Origin: Methanobacterium formicicum DSM 3637
GTDB taxonomy: Archaea > Methanobacteriota > Methanobacteria > Methanobacteriales > Methanobacteriaceae
Assembly: GCF_000302455.1 (NCBI RefSeq)
Contig: NZ_AMPO01000001.1
Coordinates: 353,014 to 385,013, forward strand
Reading direction: 5' to 3'
DNA: 32,000 bases
Below are positions 24,680-32,000 of this stretch, in pieces. Below the pieces are notes generated by a model. It saw nothing but the letters and a program-made list of their open reading frames with translations. It did no database searches and was not told the origin of the DNA. Every line of letters begins with the position of its first letter. The stretch's first letter is position 1. Made by a program: the position numbers and the translations under genes.

Positions 24680-27600
24680 TTAAATCCTATTTTTATACTT
24701 TAATTCTTTAAAAATGATTTTGAATTCTGTGCCCTGACTTTTATTTAGAGTGATAATTCCATCAAGTTGATTTACTAAATTATTTACTAATTTAAGTCCA
24801 AGAGTATCCGTGTTTTTAAAATCAATCTCTTCAGGGAATCCAATTCCATTATCCCCTATCTTAAGTTCATATTTATCATCATCGGTTCTAAGACAAACAC
24901 AGATTTCTCCTTTTTTACCCTCTGGAAATGCATGTTTAAGACTATTGGAAACCAGTTCGCTTATTATGAGGCCACAAGGAATTGCAGTTTCAATGTTTAA
25001 CATTATGTTTTCGATTTTGATTGTGGGCTTTATCTGGCCTTCTTTGAGTCTATATGAATAAAAAAGACCGTGTATAAGGCTCTGGATATAATTTTCAAAA
25101 TTGATTTTAGTTAAATCATTGGACTGGGATAATTTCTCGTAGATGGTGGCCATGGCCTTAACTCTATCCTGACTCTCCTTTAGGACATTAACAGTTTCAG
25201 CACTGATAACATATTGACTCTGAAGGTTTAAGAGACTGGAAATGATCTGCATGTTGTTTTTCACACGGTGATGTATTTCACTTAAAAGAACTTCCTTTTC
25301 ATTGAGAGATTTTTTTATCTTATCTTCTGCTTTTTTCCTGTCGGTAATATCACGGGCTACATGTACAATTCCACTCAGCTTCCCATCTGAATCATGTAAT
25401 GGTGATACACTGACAATGAAATCACCACCCAGACGATCCTCATGAACCTCAACAGTGTGCTCCTGACCATCTTCAAGCAATTTTATGTAGGGACAAAATG
25501 ATGGGGGTGAATCTAATCCATGTACTACTTTATAACAGGTAAGTCCAACTGCTTCTTCAGGATCCACCCCTAATCTGTTGGCCATGGCCTTGTTGGCACG
25601 GACAACATGAAAATTAGTATCCAATATAACTATTAGGTCTGGAACGCTATCGAATGTATGTTCCCATTCCTCCTTTGCCCGGAGAATTGCATCATCATTT
25701 TTTTTCCGTTGGGTGATGTCTCTGGCGATTGTGGATATTCCAATTAGATCATGGGAGGCGTCAAAAATAGGGGACAGGGTTAATGAAACATTTATTTCTT
25801 TCCCATCTTTCCTCACCCTTATAGTTTCATAATGGAGGATACGTTGGCCCTGTTTGATTTTTTCGATGAACTTTTTTGTTTCATCCTTCAGATGAGGTTG
25901 TGCCAGGACGGAAATATCTTTTCCCACAATTTCTTCAGCAGGATATCCATAAATCAACTCTGCACCTTTATTCCAGCTGGTTATCTGCCCGTCAAGTAAC
26001 TTGGATATAATGGCATCATCAGATGATTCCACCACGTTGGCCAGCATCTGAATTTTCTCTTCAAATTTTTGGAGTTGGGTGATGTCGCGTGCTGCTGCGA
26101 AAACTCCAACCACGTTCCCTGATTCGTCTTTATACAATGAAGCATTGTATAAGATAGGAGTTATATGGCCATTGGGGTGTTGAATCTTTAAAGGATAATC
26201 ACGTACAAAACCTTCTTTGAAGACTTTTTGATAGCCTTTTCTGGCTTTGTCTGGTTCTGTGAAGTAATCTGAAAAGTCAGTGCCGATAATTTTCTCCCGG
26301 GAGTAGCCTGTAACCTTTTCAGTTGCCTGGTTAACATCGGTGATCTTACCATCTGGCCCAATGGTAACCAGAGGATCCAGACTGGATTCGATCAAGCTAC
26401 GATTATACAGACTTGCCATTTTGAGTTCATCTTTTACTCGTTTTAGTTCAGCTCGCTCACGTAGAGCGGTTATGCCAAAGGCCAGATTGCCTGCCAGTTC
26501 CTCCATGAGCCAAATTTCATCTTGAGTAATTGCGTTGGCTTCGGAGGAGTAAATCATGAGAACTCCAAATACATTATTGTTTTTGTCTTTAAGGGGCAGA
26601 GCAATACCTGAACGGTATCCGTGCTGCAATGCACTTTCGCGCCACGGGCCCATTAAGGGATCAGTGGTGAAATCCTGAACATAAACGATTTCTCCACTCC
26701 TTATAACTATTCCTGCAGGACCTAAACCTTTCTCTGTGTCTTTTGACCAACTCAGTTTGGTATTAGTGACATATCCGCTATCAAATCCTGCCCATGCTAC
26801 CGGTTGGATGGTTTTATTTTTATCGTGCTCAGCGTATCCCACCCAAGCCAGACGGTATCCTGCTTCGTCACAAATGATACGGCATATGTCTATCAGTAGG
26901 GTGTGCTCGTCTACGGCCCTTAATAATGTCTGGTTACAGTTACTAATGGCTTTTAATTTACGATTCAAACTTTTTTGTTCCTTTTCTGCCTGCTTTCGTT
27001 CTGAAATATCTCTTATTATGATCATATCTGCTGTTTGGCCTTTCCAAACCGTTTTCGCACCTGTAAATTCAATTGGAATAACTTTCTTATTTTTCCGCAC
27101 AATAATGGTTTCGTGTGTTGGGGATAGAGGTTCGTCGGCAATTCTGCTATTATACCTTTCCATTAATCCTTTTATTTCATTAGGGTGCGCTAAATCACAT
27201 ATACTTGTATTAACCAATTCTTCAACCGTGTATCCGGTTATTTCTGCTGCCATCTGGTTGGCATATACATGGATTCCTTCTCCAGTGGCAATAAGGATAC
27301 CTTCACTGGCATTGTCTGCCATGGCCCTGAAGTTTTCCATGATTTCATGGGTCTTCTCATCTGCTTTTTGTTGTTGGGTGATGTCGCGTGCTGCTGCGAA
27401 AACTCCAACCACGTCCCCTGATTCGCCTTTATAAACTGATGCGTTGTACAGTACAGGAGTTATGCTTCCATTTTTGTGTTGAATTTTTAAGAGGTAGTCC
27501 CTAACATATCCTTCCTTAAAAACTTGCTGATAACCCTCTTTGGCTTTTTCAGGTGTGGTGAAATAGTTTGAAAAGTCCGTTCCTATTAATTCTGCTCTTG

Positions 27601-28147
27601 AGTAGCCAGTCACCATTTCCGTGGCCCGGTTAACATCGGTGATCTTACCCTCCGGACCAATGGTAACCAGAGGATCCAGACTAGCTTCAATCAAGCTACG
27701 ATTATAAAGACTTGCCAACTTAAGATCATTTTCAGTTTTTCTACGGAGGGCTTCGGCATCATCCCTAACTTTCTCCACTGATTTTTTGTACAGGGCAATA
27801 TCAATAGTGTATTTCAGTTCAAGAGGGTCGTATGGTTTTATTATAAATCCATAAGGTTCGGTAAGTTTAGCTTCTTGGACAGTAGCTTCTTCAGAATGGG
27901 CTGTCAAATATATAAACGGGATTTTAAGTTTTTTAATGTTGGATGCTACTTTAATACCGTTAAAATTTCCTTTTAAAACTATATCTATCAAAACAAGATC
28001 GGGCATAATATCTAATGCTTTTTCTACAGCTTCTTCGCCACGTGAAGCGATATATGGAACATTATAACCGAAAGATTCCAGTGTGTGCTTGATATCCAGG
28101 GCTTCTATGCTTTCATCCTCTACCAGAAGGATATTTACATCTGCCAT
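24680..28147 (-). CDS. Hybrid sensor histidine kinase: N-terminal receiver, multiple PAS domains, GAF, more PAS domains, then HisKA_2-type kinase core
   Basis: REC domain (ILLVEDE...LVLIDI...KP), repeated PAS modules ending in ARDIT, a GAF-like segment, an H-box EIHHRVKNNMQIISSLL, and HATPase G-boxes (DNGIGFP, GLKLV). Confidence 0.92.
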   Translation of the reverse strand: MADVNILLVEDESIEALDIKHTLESFGYNVPYIASRGEEAVEKALDIMPDLVLIDIVLKGNFNGIKVASNIKKLKIPFIYLTAHSEEATVQEAKLTEPYGFIIKPYDPLELKYTIDIALYKKSVEKVRDDAEALRRKTENDLKLASLYNRSLIEASLDPLVTIGPEGKITDVNRATEMVTGYSRAELIGTDFSNYFTTPEKAKEGYQQVFKEGYVRDYLLKIQHKNGSITPVLYNASVYKGESGDVVGVFAAARDITQQQKADEKTHEIMENFRAMADNASEGILIATGEGIHVYANQMAAEITGYTVEELVNTSICDLAHPNEIKGLMERYNSRIADEPLSPTHETIIVRKNKKVIPIEFTGAKTVWKGQTADMIIIRDISERKQAEKEQKSLNRKLKAISNCNQTLLRAVDEHTLLIDICRIICDEAGYRLAWVGYAEHDKNKTIQPVAWAGFDSGYVTNTKLSWSKDTEKGLGPAGIVIRSGEIVYVQDFTTDPLMGPWRESALQHGYRSGIALPLKDKNNNVFGVLMIYSSEANAITQDEIWLMEELAGNLAFGITALRERAELKRVKDELKMASLYNRSLIESSLDPLVTIGPDGKITDVNQATEKVTGYSREKIIGTDFSDYFTEPDKARKGYQKVFKEGFVRDYPLKIQHPNGHITPILYNASLYKDESGNVVGVFAAARDITQLQKFEEKIQMLANVVESSDDAIISKLLDGQITSWNKGAELIYGYPAEEIVGKDISVLAQPHLKDETKKFIEKIKQGQRILHYETIRVRKDGKEINVSLTLSPIFDASHDLIGISTIARDITQRKKNDDAILRAKEEWEHTFDSVPDLIVILDTNFHVVRANKAMANRLGVDPEEAVGLTCYKVVHGLDSPPSFCPYIKLLEDGQEHTVEVHEDRLGGDFIVSVSPLHDSDGKLSGIVHVARDITDRKKAEDKIKKSLNEKEVLLSEIHHRVKNNMQIISSLLNLQSQYVISAETVNVLKESQDRVKAMATIYEKLSQSNDLTKINFENYIQSLIHGLFYSYRLKEGQIKPTIKIENIMLNIETAIPCGLIISELVSNSLKHAFPEGKKGEICVCLRTDDDKYELKIGDNGIGFPEEIDFKNTDTLGLKLVNNLVNQLDGIITLNKSQGTEFKIIFKELKYKNRI
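26066..26425 (-). repeat. PAS module copy B of the internal duplication (residues 575-694)
   Basis: I counted 23 mismatches in about 119 aligned residues between the two protein copies. Confidence 0.9.
27365..27724 (-). repeat. PAS module copy A of an internal duplication in the sensor kinase (residues 142-261)
   Basis: Copy A matches copy B exactly 1299 bp away. The two share an identical 41-nt core, TTGGGTGATGTCGCGTGCTGCTGCGAAAACTCCAACCACGT. Confidence 0.9.
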
Positions 28148-28355
28148 AATACACCTGATATCATTATGTTGTTTAAGATATTTGTTTTTAGCGAAAATGC
28201 GCTTTACTGGAAATGGGTAGAAATATCCAGTTAAATCGAGTTAAATAAATTAGTTTAGTCTCTTAAAAGATTAAAAAAAGTTAAATTGGTAAAAATAATT
28301 TAAAAAAGTTAAAAAGAAATTAAGAGCACAATTAGTGCCCTCAGAAGTTCTTTTT

Positions 28356-29576
<1,221 letters not shown>

Positions 29577-29645
29577 AATAATGATCCTCCAATTTAAGTC
29601 TAAATTTATACATTAATTCTATGAATGATGGATTATAAATAGATA

Positions 29646-29734
29646 TTCTACCCATCCATAAAAGTTCTACCCGTCCAAAAAAGCTGAATTCTCCACAACC
29701 TGTTTTGGGAATGAAAAAAAGTAAGGGGGTAGAA
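29646..29734. promoter_or_regulatory. Repeated TTCTACCC (29646-29653, 29665-29672) and inverted GGGTAGAA (29727-29734) upstream of fae-hps
   Basis: Read directly in the trpB2 / fae-hps intergenic region. The sites are 70-158 bp upstream of the fae-hps ATG on the minus strand. Confidence 0.4.
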
Positions 29735-29778
29735 AAAAGTAAAAAATTTATTTTAGGGTTAAAAAAGGTTTAGATGGA

Positions 29779-31071
<1,293 letters not shown>

Positions 31072-31368
31072 GAATTCACCTCTTAAATTTTCCTTGATTT
31101 CAAATTTAATTCCTATACGCATTATTTGAAAGATTTACTCCTTAATTATGCATATTAACTGGATTTAATAAATGGGAAATCTTGAAAAATCAATGAAATA
31201 ATCTTTGTATTTTTATAGATTTTTTAGACGTTCCCCTATATAATTGTCTGACACAAGGATATGCTTAACGTACTACTTAAATCTTTGTTGTATAGATATG
31301 TACATTTTATTGGTGTATCATTGAGTGGGGTGTTAATTCTTATTATAAAAGGGTCTATACTATAAAAC

Positions 31369-32000
31369 ATGAAAATACTGGCAATAGATGTGGGTACCGG
31401 GACCCAGGATATAATGCTATATGATTCTTATGAATCAATGGAGAATGCAGTGAAGATGGTTCTTCCTTCTCCTACACAAATAATGGCCAACAGGATAAAA
31501 AAACATCATCATGACCTGTTTTTGAGTGGTGAAACCATGGGTGGGGGTCCCATAAATAAGGCCATAAAAACTCATCTTGATAAAGGTTACCGGGTGGTGA
31601 TGACCGAAAATTCAGCCAGAACAGTCCGGGATGACCTGGAACGGGTAAGGTCTACCGGAGTGGAAATTATTCAGGGAACAGAAAAACATCCCGAAATCCC
31701 AGAATTAGAGCTAAAAGATGTTGATTTAACTGCAATCCGGGATGCTCTTTCGAATTTTGATGTGGAACTTGATTTTGACCGTATTGGGGTGGCAGTGCAG
31801 GATCATGGTTACCAGGCAGGAACTGGTGACCGGAACTTCCGTTTCCAGAAGATAAGGGAGAAACTTGACATTCCACGGGCACCGGAAGAGTTTGCCTATC
31901 CTGGTGAAATCCCAGAATACTTCACTCGTATGCAGGGAGTTAAGAGAACCCTTAAAGGTTACCAACCACTTATAATGGATTCTAAATTCGCTTCTATTTG
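31369..32000 (+). CDS. Partial CDS (3' end off-window): DUF1786-like / ASKHA-fold protein
   Basis: My own translation from the ATG at 31369 is open for 210 codons to the window end. It reads MKILAIDVGTGTQDIMLYDS...GYRVVMTENSARTV...VAVQDHGYQAGTGDRNFRF. The AIDVGTGTQD segment resembles the phosphate-1 motif of the sugar-kinase/actin fold. The ORF is absent from the supplied track because it has no stop in the window. Confidence 0.7.
   Translation, partial: MKILAIDVGTGTQDIMLYDSYESMENAVKMVLPSPTQIMANRIKKHHHDLFLSGETMGGGPINKAIKTHLDKGYRVVMTENSARTVRDDLERVRSTGVEIIQGTEKHPEIPELELKDVDLTAIRDALSNFDVELDFDRIGVAVQDHGYQAGTGDRNFRFQKIREKLDIPRAPEEFAYPGEIPEYFTRMQGVKRTLKGYQPLIMDSKFASI

Noticed and set aside
26736-27434. 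232-aa ORF on the plus strand
   Set aside because: It lies entirely antisense to the PAS/GAF-encoding part of the sensor kinase. Its product is Ser/Phe/Leu-rich and low-complexity, with no motif and no RBS. This is the typical shadow ORF of a long gene.
31072-31122. 17-codon N-terminal extension of the TrpB2-type ORF ([17 protein letters not shown])
   Set aside because: The internal Met at 31071 has a strong GAGGTGA RBS at proper spacing and gives the canonical TrpB2 N-terminus. The extension overlaps that RBS.

Overview
This is a compact, AT-rich, almost fully coding window. Its gene content points to a hydrogenotrophic methanogen of the Methanobacteriales type: mtd, fae-hps, archaeal-type thrS with an N-terminal editing domain, and an iron-sulfur flavoprotein. 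I support 26 protein genes. One of them (31369 to the window end) is missing from the ORF track because it runs off the edge. I saw no rRNA, tRNA, CRISPR array, transposase or integrase. Most genes are housekeeping: purD, argF, argS, ilvD, thrS, hisB, a TrpB2-type gene and a cbiA/cfbB-type gene. The most interesting locus is at 11.9-13.4 kb. A bacterial-type Soj/ParA ATPase is translationally coupled to a 142-aa protein. That protein keeps only the ParB N-terminal peptide (LGRGLDALI), followed by a Lys-rich linker and a putative ribbon-helix-helix tail. The pair is bracketed on both sides by contiguous 7-bp TATAACT heptad arrays in direct and inverted orientation. A third heptad locus at 23.8-23.9 kb shares an identical 19-mer with the second array. 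I read this as a candidate archaeal partition or segregation module with a chimeric adaptor, but that is inference from sequence only. Other unexplained structure:
- a 632-bp gap with three copies of a TTTCTAC-N-GTAGAAA palindrome (16.4-16.6 kb);
- two different ~22-bp tandem arrays (18.07-18.19 kb and 22.90-23.06 kb);
- a recent internal PAS-module duplication in a 1155-aa hybrid sensor kinase;
- tandem TMEM175/DUF1211 paralogs.
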